Virus record (IMG/VR): IMGVR_UViG_3300048591_000147
Span: 1 to 64,000 of that record
Length of the DNA stretch: 64,000 nt
DNA from: a virus
Reading direction: 5' to 3' (one strand)
The notes below the pieces were generated by a model. The model worked only from the letters and a program-made list of their open reading frames with translations, searched no databases and was not told the origin of the DNA. This document shows positions 37,243 to 46,398 of this stretch, piece after piece. The stretch's first letter is position 1. The number at the start of each line of letters is the position of its first letter. Position numbers and translations under genes: made by a program.

Positions 37243-37263
37243 ATATTTGGAGATATAATAATC

Positions 37264-37476
37264 ATGTTTAGAGGCGTAGACGGTATAGGTTATAGCAACG
37301 AAAAGAAGAAATGGTTTATTTACAACACTTCTGTTGACTATGACGCAATTGAAAGAAATGAAAATTACTTTCCGAAACTCCGCAGAGAGATGGAATATAC
37401 CGTATATTTCGATAAGTTTGAAGACGCATCCATTGAGCTTGGTATTATTCAAGAAAAATATAAGGGTAGCCTATAA
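37264..37476 (+). CDS. Hypothetical protein (70 aa)
   Basis: ORF. Confidence 0.4.
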   Translation: MFRGVDGIGYSNEKKKWFIYNTSVDYDAIERNENYFPKLRREMEYTVYFDKFEDASIELGIIQEKYKGSL

Positions 37477-37478
37477 AG

Positions 37479-37745
37479 ATGCGTAATTTGGTTATCTCTC
37501 CAAAGGAACTATCCATCTTAGGTGTGATTGCAATGAAGCCTAAAGTTGATCCCGATATTATAGAAAAAGAGATAGGACAAATCGAGTTAGGCACTGATGC
37601 CACTATAGTTGCTAATATAATGATTCAACAAATGCGTAAAGTTCCAGTAGCCGCTGATAGAAAATATATAAACCTTGCAAATGCTATTAGGGCTTGGGCC
37701 GAAGCAATGCGTAACATGAAAAATAGGAGAGAATATTATGGGTGA
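37479..37745 (+). CDS. Hypothetical protein (88 aa)
   Basis: ORF. Confidence 0.4.
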   Translation: MRNLVISPKELSILGVIAMKPKVDPDIIEKEIGQIELGTDATIVANIMIQQMRKVPVAADRKYINLANAIRAWAEAMRNMKNRREYYG

Positions 37746-37950
37746 TATGTTAGTAATACATGCGTACAATCCAGAAAAACGGGCTGGAGAGGTTCTAATC
37801 GACGATTTTGAAGTAGCGTCTACCGATTACGATGCAACAGGGTGGGCGGGATTAGCTTTGCTCGAAGAATTGGCCAATAATCTTGCAACCTATTTCGGTG
37901 TGACAGTCACTGATCGCGACACGGGTGGATGTGAAGAAGAAAGTGAATAG
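37738..37950 (+). CDS. Hypothetical acidic protein (70 aa)
   Basis: ORF. Confidence 0.4.
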   Translation: MGDMLVIHAYNPEKRAGEVLIDDFEVASTDYDATGWAGLALLEELANNLATYFGVTVTDRDTGGCEEESE

Positions 37951-38009
37951 TTGAAGTAGTCAATCATAGCTGGTATGATTCCCACCACACAATCAAAAAG
38001 GATATAACC

Positions 38010-38525
38010 ATGTCACTCATTTATACTCTATTCATCATATTCGTCATCGGTTGTCTGATCTATTATTTCTTTTCTCTCAGAAATCAAAAGAGTGATTTGG
38101 ACAAGTATAAAATTGCATTGGATGAATATGACAGGCATCTAGAAGAATGCTCAAGAGCTATGGCGCAGCAATACAAGCATACGGTGACAACAATCACCAC
38201 GACTGCGGAACAACCTGCTAATACGCCTGCGAAGAAGGCTAAAAAAGCACCTACGAAGGTGTATGCGGCTAAAAGTGCTCCATACTCGTATGATCGTTCA
38301 AAATCTAATGCAAATAGCAACAACAACGCTGACAATAATATTATTCAATTCCCATATGTGCATCATGCGGTAGTTGATGACGATTCGTGCAAGACTTCAA
38401 ATTCCTCTAGACAATCCTGTGAGTCTCCTGTAGAATCATATTCTGGTTCCAGTTACTCAAGCGATAGTTCAAGTTCATCGTCTTGCGATTCTGGTGGTTC
38501 CTCATGTGGTGGCGGTGGAGATTGA
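38010..38525 (+). CDS. N-terminal TM protein with a Ser/Cys/Gly-rich low-complexity C-terminus
   Basis: TM 'LIYTLFIIFVIGCLIYYFF'. C-terminal 'SSYSSDSSSSSSCDSGGSSCGGGGD'. Confidence 0.45.
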   Translation: MSLIYTLFIIFVIGCLIYYFFSLRNQKSDLDKYKIALDEYDRHLEECSRAMAQQYKHTVTTITTTAEQPANTPAKKAKKAPTKVYAAKSAPYSYDRSKSNANSNNNADNNIIQFPYVHHAVVDDDSCKTSNSSRQSCESPVESYSGSSYSSDSSSSSSCDSGGSSCGGGGD

Positions 38526-38526
38526 A

Positions 38527-39180
38527 ATGTTTGACTTCGACCCCAGTGTTCGTCATTTCTTAAGCATAAGAAAGCGTCTTGGAGATGGTGGACCAGAATT
38601 TATCGCTTACCGTTATGGTAGCAGAGTTTATGGGACTGAATCATATGACTCAGACTATGATTATATCGTAGTCTCTGAAAAAGCAGAGGATGGTAAAGAA
38701 GAATATTTCTACGCTCAGCAGGATCAACTGAACGTTCATTATCATACGCCAGCACATTGGCAACAGATGGTGGACGATCATAAAATTTTCGCTTTGGAGA
38801 GTATCTTTCAATGTGAGCAATCACACCAATATAGAAAGAATTTTAAACTTGATCTAACCAAACTGCGCAAAGAGATTTCTGAAAAGTCAAATCATAGTTG
38901 GGTGAAGGCTAAGAAAAAATTACTGGTCGAACATGACTATAAGATCGGCTTGAAAAGCTTCTTCCATTCCTTTAGAATCATCATGTTCGGCTGTCAAATT
39001 GCAAGGGACGGTCACATTTATGATTATAAGATCGGGCATACCATATGGGAGCCTATCAAAGCCCTTATGCTTGAAATTAACGCGGATAACGTAGAAGAAA
39101 TCTACGCGAAATTGGTTATAGATTATAAGTGGTATCACAATAACCTCATGACAGAATTTAGGAAGTTGGCACCAAAATGA
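38527..39180 (+). CDS. Pol-beta-superfamily nucleotidyltransferase (NTase) with a helical C-terminal domain
   Basis: 'AYRYGSRVYGTESYDSDYDYIVV' matches G[SG]x9-13Dx[DE]. Start taken at the internal ATG after the upstream gene's stop. Confidence 0.55.
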   Translation: MFDFDPSVRHFLSIRKRLGDGGPEFIAYRYGSRVYGTESYDSDYDYIVVSEKAEDGKEEYFYAQQDQLNVHYHTPAHWQQMVDDHKIFALESIFQCEQSHQYRKNFKLDLTKLRKEISEKSNHSWVKAKKKLLVEHDYKIGLKSFFHSFRIIMFGCQIARDGHIYDYKIGHTIWEPIKALMLEINADNVEEIYAKLVIDYKWYHNNLMTEFRKLAPK

Positions 39181-39401
39181 ACAAAGATGATATCAGATTA
39201 GGTATTTACTTAGTTCTCGGATTGCTATGTGGCAATCTACTTGCAGAATTCTTCATATACAAATTGAAAAAATCTCATGAGTATTGTAACGAGGACGGTT
39301 ATTGGGTTAAAACAGGTATGACAGGCAATCCAATTGGTATCGCCATAGACAAGAATGGTAAACAAATTACTTGCGAGTATAAAGTAGAGCGGTCCAATTG
39401 A
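39177..39401 (+). CDS. Small membrane protein (74 aa)
   Basis: TM 'IYLVLGLLCGNLLAEFFIY'. Confidence 0.4.
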   Translation: MNKDDIRLGIYLVLGLLCGNLLAEFFIYKLKKSHEYCNEDGYWVKTGMTGNPIGIAIDKNGKQITCEYKVERSN

Positions 39402-39583
39402 AAACGTATTATACATTAAGCGATGATGGTAGTTGCATCAGAATACGTATAGATGATAATATAGTGGCAATTGTTGAAGACTACCACTATGGCGGTCATG
39501 TCCATGCGGCCATACTTCAGCTATTAGAAGAGCTAGAAGAAATGCACGAAACAGTTAAAATATACGAAGACAAGGAAATGTAA
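39398..39583 (+). CDS. Hypothetical protein (61 aa)
   Basis: ORF. Confidence 0.35.
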   Translation: MKTYYTLSDDGSCIRIRIDDNIVAIVEDYHYGGHVHAAILQLLEELEEMHETVKIYEDKEM

Positions 39584-39584
39584 G

Positions 39585-39929
39585 ATGGAACTTTTCAACA
39601 CAGTATTTACGGATGTATCATCCATTGCATTCTGGATGTATTGGACATCCGTAGTCCTATGCTTATACCATGCAGCAACACACTGGGCGTATTATTACAA
39701 AACGGATTTGGAACGATGTTACAGTTCTAACTATAGACCACGCTTGACCGTTGGATCAATCGTCGGAAAGACATTCGTGGCATTGATTCCTTTCGTTAAT
39801 AGTATATTAGCGGTGTTTGTAACCCTTGACCTCATATCTCTTGTGACGGCTAGATTAGATAGAGTATGGTCTTATGGTCTTATAAAAAAGAAACAACCAA
39901 TTACGAAGGACGCAGCACCGAATGCTTAA
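39585..39929 (+). CDS. Membrane protein (114 aa)
   Basis: Two hydrophobic segments. Confidence 0.4.
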   Translation: MELFNTVFTDVSSIAFWMYWTSVVLCLYHAATHWAYYYKTDLERCYSSNYRPRLTVGSIVGKTFVALIPFVNSILAVFVTLDLISLVTARLDRVWSYGLIKKKQPITKDAAPNA

Positions 39930-40263
39930 TATAAAGAATTTGATTGCAATATATGATAAGATGCTTGATGGTTACGGCACAAAGACCAAAGCAGACCTTA
40001 ATAGTAAATATTTAACAGATCACGAGCGGTTGTCACATCTTATTTTCATGCTCGATAGTATGAAAACTGAGACTGACGAGGGAAAACTGAATCGATGGAT
40101 TGGCTTTATTCAGGGTGTGCTCTGGGCCAATAGCTGGTGTACCATTGATGATTTGCGCAAGCATGTCATTTCATGTACAATCCAACCAGAAACTAAATCA
40201 GCATTAGAGCAATGCTGGTTGGTAGAGCCACAGACTCCGGTTATTGACCTAGAAATGGATTAA
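39922..40263 (+). CDS. Hypothetical protein (113 aa)
   Basis: ORF. Confidence 0.45.
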   Translation: MLNIKNLIAIYDKMLDGYGTKTKADLNSKYLTDHERLSHLIFMLDSMKTETDEGKLNRWIGFIQGVLWANSWCTIDDLRKHVISCTIQPETKSALEQCWLVEPQTPVIDLEMD

Positions 40264-40268
40264 ATTTT

Positions 40269-40562
40269 ATGAGCACAGAAGATAGAATTATGGTAATTCG
40301 CAACATCGAATTGGACGAAGGTGACAACTTGTTAGATATTTTAACAAAGTTGCCCAAGAATGTGTCGTATACGGACTTAAAATTAAAGACGTATGCTGAT
40401 AAGTATGGCGATTCAGATCGTGCGCAGGTTTGGTTTGAATATAAGAGTCTAGAAACAGACGAAGAATATGATACTAGAATCAGATTACAAAAGTTGCGTG
40501 CTACGCAGGAAGAAGAACGTGAAAAGCGTCAGCTAGAATATCTTAAATCTAAGTACGGGTAA
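40269..40562 (+). CDS. Hypothetical protein (97 aa), paralog of 40567..40845
   Basis: Shared 'LETD.E...RI.....E.R..R..Q.(E/K)YL.S.(Y/H)G'. Confidence 0.45.
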   Translation: MSTEDRIMVIRNIELDEGDNLLDILTKLPKNVSYTDLKLKTYADKYGDSDRAQVWFEYKSLETDEEYDTRIRLQKLRATQEEEREKRQLEYLKSKYG

Positions 40563-40566
40563 TGTC

Positions 40567-40845
40567 ATGAGCGAAAAAGTAATGTTTAAGGATAGTATCA
40601 CATTAAATTATGGTGATACTATTGCTGATATTATGGAACGGATTCCGTCTGGCGTTGCTCCGCATGAAATTTATATAGAGTATGATCATGAAGAACGATT
40701 CGTAGCGCTTTCTTACACAAGACTAGAAACAGACGCAGAGATGCAGAAACGAATCGAACAGGAGACACGATTTAAGGAAACACGAAAAAATCGTGAAATC
40801 CAGCAATTAAAATACTTGATTTCTATACATGGAATACCAGAATGA
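40567..40845 (+). CDS. Hypothetical protein (92 aa), paralog of 40269..40562
   Basis: See above. Confidence 0.45.
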   Translation: MSEKVMFKDSITLNYGDTIADIMERIPSGVAPHEIYIEYDHEERFVALSYTRLETDAEMQKRIEQETRFKETRKNREIQQLKYLISIHGIPE

Positions 40846-41078
40846 GCACTGAGGGTAAAATCTACAAAGATATGTTCAATGATCCACCGGAACATGGTGA
40901 AGTAATTGCATACTACTTTGAGCCTTTTGAAAGTTGGCATATTGGAACATACCATGCACCAGAAGTCGGTGATAAGTATAGCGCCTGTGTCTCTGGTAAA
41001 AGTGGGTTTACAACAGTATATCATGAAGTGCCGTATTGGATTAGATTACCTAAATTTGATTTGACTGAGGAAGAATAA
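40842..41078 (+). CDS. Hypothetical protein (78 aa)
   Basis: ORF. Confidence 0.4.
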   Translation: MSTEGKIYKDMFNDPPEHGEVIAYYFEPFESWHIGTYHAPEVGDKYSACVSGKSGFTTVYHEVPYWIRLPKFDLTEEE

Positions 41079-41079
41079 T

Positions 41080-41547
41080 ATGAACACAGTAAAAACGTCC
41101 ACAGTAAGGACCACTAAGGAATTATCAGTTATACAGCAGTATTTTGGAGATAAGATAGTTTCTGAAACATATCGTTATGATAACAAAACTCATAATGATG
41201 TTGGTCCAGCATTTCGTGGTTGGCATCCTAATGGTACTATTTCTCGTGAAGAATATTATCAATACGGAGTTAAAAATCGTGAGGGCGGTCCAGCTATTAC
41301 ACACTATAATGAGGATGGGTCAGTAATTCTCCAATCTTACTATAAAGATAATATGCTACATCGTCTGGACGGTCCCGCATTTGTTCGCTGGTATTCTGAT
41401 TCAGGTGAACTCGCACTCAAGGAATTCTATATTAATGGTAGGGAAATTTCTGAAGAAGATCTTCATAAAAGAAATGCCGTAAAACCATTAGAAGGAAAGA
41501 CGATGGTGATTGATGGTGTTGAATATAAGTTGGTGAGGGTTGATTAG
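41080..41547 (+). CDS. MORN-variant repeat protein (YwqK-like repeats)
   Basis: Repeated 'GPA.R.W..NG....E.YY..G..H(R)..GPA' units. Paralogous repeats occur in 63293..63910(-). Confidence 0.5.
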   Translation: MNTVKTSTVRTTKELSVIQQYFGDKIVSETYRYDNKTHNDVGPAFRGWHPNGTISREEYYQYGVKNREGGPAITHYNEDGSVILQSYYKDNMLHRLDGPAFVRWYSDSGELALKEFYINGREISEEDLHKRNAVKPLEGKTMVIDGVEYKLVRVD

Positions 41548-41778
41548 CAATCATAAATAATAGTGATGTTGGGTAGCACCCAACTGATTTTAGGGAATCG
41601 CAAGTTAGCCTAAAAAAGAATGACAAAAATCTTGCCCAGAATTACCCACTCGGGGTAAACAGTCCTTATACCACGACTATAAACTGGATGCCAGCTATGG
41701 CGGAAATAGTATGGTAACCAGATCAATCCATTGACATTAAGGATGTCAAAAGAGTTTGAGCGATTCTGATCTATAATT

Positions 41779-41806
41779 AAGCCACTGTAACAGGTGGCTT
41801 TTTTAT
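41779..41806 (+). terminator. Rho-independent terminator
   Basis: 'aagccac tgtaacag gtggctt ttttatt'. Confidence 0.75.
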
Positions 41807-41835
41807 TGACCAATATTTTGTGCATGTGGTATGAT
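41806..41835 (+). promoter_or_regulatory. Sigma70-type (early) promoter TTGACC-N18-TATGAT
   Basis: Immediately follows the terminator. Drives 41857 onward. Confidence 0.5.
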
Positions 41836-41856
41836 ACACGTAACGAGGATAATAAA

Positions 41857-42030
41857 ATGACAACACAAGAACTGCTAGAAAATCCGAACCTTACATTAGA
41901 AATGTTAGAACAAAATCTAAAAATTGTAACCCGCGAAGATGCTATTTTAGTTGCTAAATTTATAAAAATGCATTTCGAAAAAATTGGTGCAATTTTTGGC
42001 AAGGCATTTGCAGAACTCGAAAAAGAATGA
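41857..42030 (+). CDS. Small hypothetical protein (57 aa)
   Basis: ATG with SD 'gagga', downstream of the promoter. The longer ORF-track start would read through the terminator and promoter. Confidence 0.4.
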   Translation: MTTQELLENPNLTLEMLEQNLKIVTREDAILVAKFIKMHFEKIGAIFGKAFAELEKE

Positions 42031-42212
42031 GCGTATATAAAGTCGGTGATTTAAGACTTGAAGACAAGTTTCTATGGTGGCCAATGCGTTACAATGGTCG
42101 CTGGCATTGGTGGAAGAAAGTCTGTATCATGAAGCAACTAACCTTGATAACCGTTAACGGTGGTCCCGGTACTATTTGGGTCACTATTAAAGTAATGGAA
42201 TTTCCGAAATAA
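42027..42212 (+). CDS. 'F..P...YW(L)E'-family mini-protein, member 1 (61 aa)
   Basis: 'FLWWPMRYNGRWHWWKKV'. Confidence 0.45.
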   Translation: MSVYKVGDLRLEDKFLWWPMRYNGRWHWWKKVCIMKQLTLITVNGGPGTIWVTIKVMEFPK

Positions 42213-42229
42213 CACATAGGTCAAAGCAG

Positions 42230-42463
42230 ATGGTCTTTAACATAAAACGAAAGCCTGAAGTAACACCAGATATCAATACAAAGCGATTTTATATCAAATT
42301 CGCTTGGTTCCCATTGCTATGGGATGACAAGATATATTGGCTGGAAACGTTATGCATCTCTGAAATATATAAATGTCGCAAAAAGATCAACGTGTATGGC
42401 GGCTATGACTATTATGTTAATGAATGGGAACGAATTAGCGTTTCCATATTGGAACCGAAATGA
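42230..42463 (+). CDS. 'F..P...YWLE'-family mini-protein, member 2 (77 aa)
   Basis: 'FAWFPLLWDDKIYWLETL'. Confidence 0.45.
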   Translation: MVFNIKRKPEVTPDINTKRFYIKFAWFPLLWDDKIYWLETLCISEIYKCRKKINVYGGYDYYVNEWERISVSILEPK

Positions 42464-42939
42464 AAATTGAAAAACGTAATTTATATGAAATGTTGAAAAG
42501 AGCAATGTCCTATGAAATTCTAGGAACAATTGAAATTTTTGACGCTGGTCCATGTGCTGGCATCGCCATTCCCTATGATGATGAGTCTTATAAAGAATTT
42601 CTTAGCGATAATAGCGCTGAAGAGACTTGCTTGGGCCTTAAATTCATGATGGTTGTTAGACAATTTATTGAAAATCCAGCTAATGATATTTGTATAGTTC
42701 CCACACAGTGGCCTTGCACTTCATTGATTCCGCCAGAAGATTACAATACCTACATAAAGATTAATTGTATTGAATATGCACTGGACGAGGATCAAGCTGA
42801 TGAGTATCATAGGCTGATTCGTGAAACGAACGCCATTAAGGCTGGACAGTATCTTGTACAGGTGCTTTCAATTCCATTAGTAACAGCGGTCGCCTTTGCA
42901 AAGAACAATAGATATTTACCGTATAGAGGACTAAAATGA
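42460..42939 (+). CDS. Hypothetical protein (159 aa), paralog of 43153..43587
   Basis: Shared 'EY(H/R)RL(I/M).E(T/S)NAI.A..YL....S(I/L)PL......FAKNN'. Confidence 0.5.
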   Translation: MKIEKRNLYEMLKRAMSYEILGTIEIFDAGPCAGIAIPYDDESYKEFLSDNSAEETCLGLKFMMVVRQFIENPANDICIVPTQWPCTSLIPPEDYNTYIKINCIEYALDEDQADEYHRLIRETNAIKAGQYLVQVLSIPLVTAVAFAKNNRYLPYRGLK

Positions 42940-43152
42940 CCGAAATTCTTACAAGAGTTGACAGATACTGTGTAGAAAAATTATGCGCCAATTGTTATGT
43001 TGGTACTATGATTTTTACTGGGCATATTGTTGGAGAGGTTTTTCGGAGAACCGCGTGACATATATCAACACGCCTGTGTCGAGTGTAGTTATTGCGAGAT
43101 GTATCCGACAAAGTATCCAACCTTCAAAGACATTAAGATACAGTGACCCATA

Positions 43153-43587
43153 ATGAAACTCCGTAAAGAATATTTACATCGCATATTAAGTGACGCATTA
43201 TCTTATGAAATTATAAGATATGTTGACATGACATGTGGGGGCGCGCATTCTGGTGGCATACACGGCTATGATGTTCGGATCAAATTTGATGATTTAGAGG
43301 CTAGACTAGCCCGCAAATTTATAGGGAATATTCGCGAATTTTTGAAAGATAATGAACTGAGTCTGATCGAACCAGAAAGAACTGATTATAACTATAACGA
43401 ACGTGTTGAAATAGATGACGTCCCATATGTTATAACAGAAGACCAGTTATACGAGTATCGCAGACTTATGCAGGAATCAAATGCTATTAATGCGGCGAAA
43501 TACCTATCTAAAATATTTTCATTACCGTTATCAGTAACATATCCGTTTGCAAAAAATAATACACAACTGAAAACGTTATACGAATAA
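43153..43587 (+). CDS. Hypothetical protein (144 aa), paralog of 42460..42939
   Basis: See above. Confidence 0.5.
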   Translation: MKLRKEYLHRILSDALSYEIIRYVDMTCGGAHSGGIHGYDVRIKFDDLEARLARKFIGNIREFLKDNELSLIEPERTDYNYNERVEIDDVPYVITEDQLYEYRRLMQESNAINAAKYLSKIFSLPLSVTYPFAKNNTQLKTLYE

Positions 43588-43595
43588 GAGCAGTC

Positions 43596-43820
43596 ATGAA
43601 ATTCAATATACCAAAACGTGGTGACAAACGAGTTATAAAACATTTTTGTTTATTGCCCAGAACGGTGAACAACGTGAGATATTGGCTAAAATATATTAAT
43701 ATCTCGCAGACCTATGAAATTTGTTATGATTTGATATATGATTATGTCATATTTGATTCTGTGCCAGTGTGTTATGATGGTTGGGTTGATAAAGAAGTCA
43801 TAGAAAATGAAACAGTGTAA
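43596..43820 (+). CDS. 'F..P...YWLE'-family mini-protein, member 3 (74 aa)
   Basis: 'FCLLPRTVNNVRYWLKYI'. Confidence 0.45.
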   Translation: MKFNIPKRGDKRVIKHFCLLPRTVNNVRYWLKYINISQTYEICYDLIYDYVIFDSVPVCYDGWVDKEVIENETV

Positions 43821-44142
43821 ATGTAAACATTGCCAAGCGAAGCTGACAATGGAAGAAGTGAACACATTAAGTGTGATATTTCTGCATCGGGAAAGTATTC
43901 CAGCGGACTACGCTTTACACTATATCAAAAAATATAATCTGAGTGACTATGTTAGAGAACTGTGTACCTTAGCTGCAAAGAAAGAATACCCTAAAGGCAA
44001 ATGCGGCTTAGATTTCTTCAAATTTTATGAAGCATGGGTCGCTAACTGTCGTAGGATTGCGGATGAAAATGCGTTGACTGCAAAGATCAATGACAAGATT
44101 GACAAGATGAAAGAAGCTCACTATAATAGTCGAAAGAATTAA
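43807..44142 (+). CDS. Hypothetical protein (111 aa), Cys-rich N-terminus
   Basis: 'MKQCKCKHCQAKL'. Confidence 0.45.
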   Translation: MKQCKCKHCQAKLTMEEVNTLSVIFLHRESIPADYALHYIKKYNLSDYVRELCTLAAKKEYPKGKCGLDFFKFYEAWVANCRRIADENALTAKINDKIDKMKEAHYNSRKN

Positions 44143-44308
44143 AGAGCGCCGTTGTGGAAAGTACGATGTTATGACGTACACGACCAAGAGGGGTTACAGT
44201 AGGTGTGTCTTGGCCTCAATCATTCGTGGGAATGGTGAAGGGGACTGTAACAGATGGAGAAAGCTAGAACTATCCACCACAACGTTAAATTATAACTAAG
44301 AGAAAAAT

Positions 44309-44854
44309 ATGAATAATTACTTCAAGATCCATAAGCTTACAGATGACAGAAAAGAAATGTTAAAGTCGTTCGGAACGTTGTCGCATATTAATGCGGAGTT
44401 TGTTAAAAACGTGAATAAGTATGATGAATATGTCGATCCGAAATCAGTTGTAGATTTTATCGCACAGATGAAACTTGAAGGTAAGTATTGTGTCTTCGTA
44501 GCGTCAAAGAAAACTGGCACAGAGCGTTTTCTTTCGTGGGAAGAGATCGAAGAGAAAGTAATTAGTAAGCGTGATTCTATCTTAGAAGAAGGTAGAATCA
44601 AATTGGACAAGATTGTGCTTGATCTCAATCAACAGATAATGAACCTTGATGAAAATTATGTACATGCCAATAAGACGTCCCTGTCTTGGAAGCTAGTTTA
44701 TGAGGCTCAGGCGGAAGCGGAGTTCTTACAGGTACATAAGAAGCTTGTACAGCATCAAAAAGAATATGCGAATGGTGATTTCCACCTACATGTGGATGGA
44801 TTTCATAATAATAGGGTCTACCATTACGTTTCGGCGGATGATTTTGTGCTATGA
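44309..44854 (+). CDS. Hypothetical protein (181 aa)
   Basis: ORF with SD 'aagagaaaaatatg'. Confidence 0.5.
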   Translation: MNNYFKIHKLTDDRKEMLKSFGTLSHINAEFVKNVNKYDEYVDPKSVVDFIAQMKLEGKYCVFVASKKTGTERFLSWEEIEEKVISKRDSILEEGRIKLDKIVLDLNQQIMNLDENYVHANKTSLSWKLVYEAQAEAEFLQVHKKLVQHQKEYANGDFHLHVDGFHNNRVYHYVSADDFVL

Positions 44855-45810
44855 AATTAATTCTAAACGATAAACTAACCAAAGCTGAAAAGATATACGA
44901 ATATTCGTTGGGAGATATCATTCGGTCAAATATGACCAAGGTATTGAAACCTGATGAAAAATATCAATTCTTCTATCAGTTTCCTAAAACAAAATTACAT
45001 AATGCGGGGTTTTTGGGCTTTTTGAGCCATGCCTATTCGAATCATGTGAATGTATCTATCTCACCATACGATATCTGGATTGTGATTATTAGTGAAGTGT
45101 CCAAATTTATTGTAGATAAGCCGGAACCATTTAGAGGTTTGTTCACTGATTCTGCCGAAAAGAAAGAAATTTTAGTTCCAACGGATAGTGAATATGAGAT
45201 GCCGATGGATTTATTATCAGAGGCTTTATCGAAGAGCATTAATTTTGATGCGTCTATCCTCTTTCCAGAATTATCAATTGAGAGCGACGAAGCTGTTGGA
45301 ATGATTCAGGCTTTATTTTGTGAAATGGCGTCACCGTATTATTCGTACTCAATGTTTATGTGTGGTCTGCCAGAGATAAAAGTTCTAGGCACCGTAGACG
45401 ATTGGAAAAATATTAGCACGAACTTTGATAAGCTTTTCGAATTACTTGGCAAGTGCTATAATTTTAAGAATTATCCGGTAAGAGTTAAAATAATTCTAGA
45501 CAATATAGTTAACTCATTTGAATCTAGTATGGCGGATAGAATTTCTTTTTGGAAGGACATTTTCACACAAAAGAACGTTGGATCTGGTGGTCAATTAGAG
45601 GTAAACGGTTGGATTACTCATTTCCTAATTGTACAGGAAAAGCCACTAAAGCTTGAAAACTTTACCAACACCATTGGTTATGTCAGATATAAAAATGTGT
45701 CATCTGGTAATAGCTATATAAGTGTTCACGGCGGGTTCGATTACGATCTTGACGAGGAAGACTTTGCGGTGCTAAGATACTCTAAGTACATAGCGATGAA
45801 GCAGCCATGA
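44851..45810 (+). CDS. Hypothetical protein (319 aa)
   Basis: ORF, coupled to the upstream gene. Confidence 0.5.
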   Translation: MKLILNDKLTKAEKIYEYSLGDIIRSNMTKVLKPDEKYQFFYQFPKTKLHNAGFLGFLSHAYSNHVNVSISPYDIWIVIISEVSKFIVDKPEPFRGLFTDSAEKKEILVPTDSEYEMPMDLLSEALSKSINFDASILFPELSIESDEAVGMIQALFCEMASPYYSYSMFMCGLPEIKVLGTVDDWKNISTNFDKLFELLGKCYNFKNYPVRVKIILDNIVNSFESSMADRISFWKDIFTQKNVGSGGQLEVNGWITHFLIVQEKPLKLENFTNTIGYVRYKNVSSGNSYISVHGGFDYDLDEEDFAVLRYSKYIAMKQP

Positions 45811-45983
45811 AAGAAGTATTTGTTGTAACAACTGAAATTGCGACCGATGACGGATACAAATATAAAGTTGAAGGCGTAAGATCAACAATGCAATTGGCCA
45901 GAGAACTTAAAAAGTTAGCTGGTCGCAAACGCCAAGTTACAGATGTAATGATAGAATGTTTCCAAGTTGATGAAGAGTCTTGA
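45807..45983 (+). CDS. Small hypothetical protein (58 aa)
   Basis: ATGA overlap with the upstream stop. Confidence 0.35.
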   Translation: MKEVFVVTTEIATDDGYKYKVEGVRSTMQLARELKKLAGRKRQVTDVMIECFQVDEES

Positions 45984-46008
45984 CAAGAAGTTGGGTGCCA
46001 GTTACCAT
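45980..46008 (+). promoter_or_regulatory. Promoter-like element TTGACA-N17-TACCAT, copy A of a ~45-bp direct repeat
   Basis: 'ttgacaagaagttgggtgccagttaccatagtacaactta'. A near-identical copy lies at 46232. Confidence 0.45.
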
Positions 46009-46044
46009 AGTACAACTTAAAACAGACAGTATCGGAGCATTCAG

Positions 46045-46227
46045 ATGCAATGGAAGCGACCAAAACCACCAGCAGTAGGCGAAGAAAGAAACATATACAA
46101 ATTCTGCTTTTTTCCTACAACGATTGATGATACAACTTATTGGTTGGAGTGGATTAGAGTAGTACAAAAATTTACTAGTTGTAAATTCAGCGAACCAAGA
46201 TGGGTAATTGTGCGAGTCCTGCGATAA
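46045..46227 (+). CDS. 'F..P...YWLE'-family mini-protein, member 4 (60 aa)
   Basis: 'FCFFPTTIDDTTYWLEWI'. Confidence 0.45.
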   Translation: MQWKRPKPPAVGEERNIYKFCFFPTTIDDTTYWLEWIRVVQKFTSCKFSEPRWVIVRVLR

Positions 46228-46231
46228 AGTG

Positions 46232-46260
46232 TTGACAAGAGTTAGTGCATCAGTTACCAT
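46232..46260 (+). promoter_or_regulatory. Promoter-like element, copy B of the direct repeat
   Basis: 'ttgacaagagttagtgcatcagttaccatagcacaactta'. Confidence 0.45.
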
Positions 46261-46398
46261 AGCACAACTTAGAAATTCGGTGATCTCACACCGAACCCCG
46301 GTCAAGGGGTGAATTGACCAGTCTATTTTGGGTGACTTAAAACGACCCGATCACGTCAGGCACATTATGACTTAATAGATGCCATAGCTTGAGCAACT

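Noticed and set aside
41610-42002. 130-aa minus-strand ORF
   Set aside because: It reads through the terminator and promoter region and through the plus-strand gene 41857..42030. It has low-complexity Ser/Ile-rich composition.
45937-46305. 122-aa minus-strand ORF
   Set aside because: It spans both copies of the promoter-like repeat and overlaps 46045..46227(+), which belongs to a five-member paralog family and so is more likely real.
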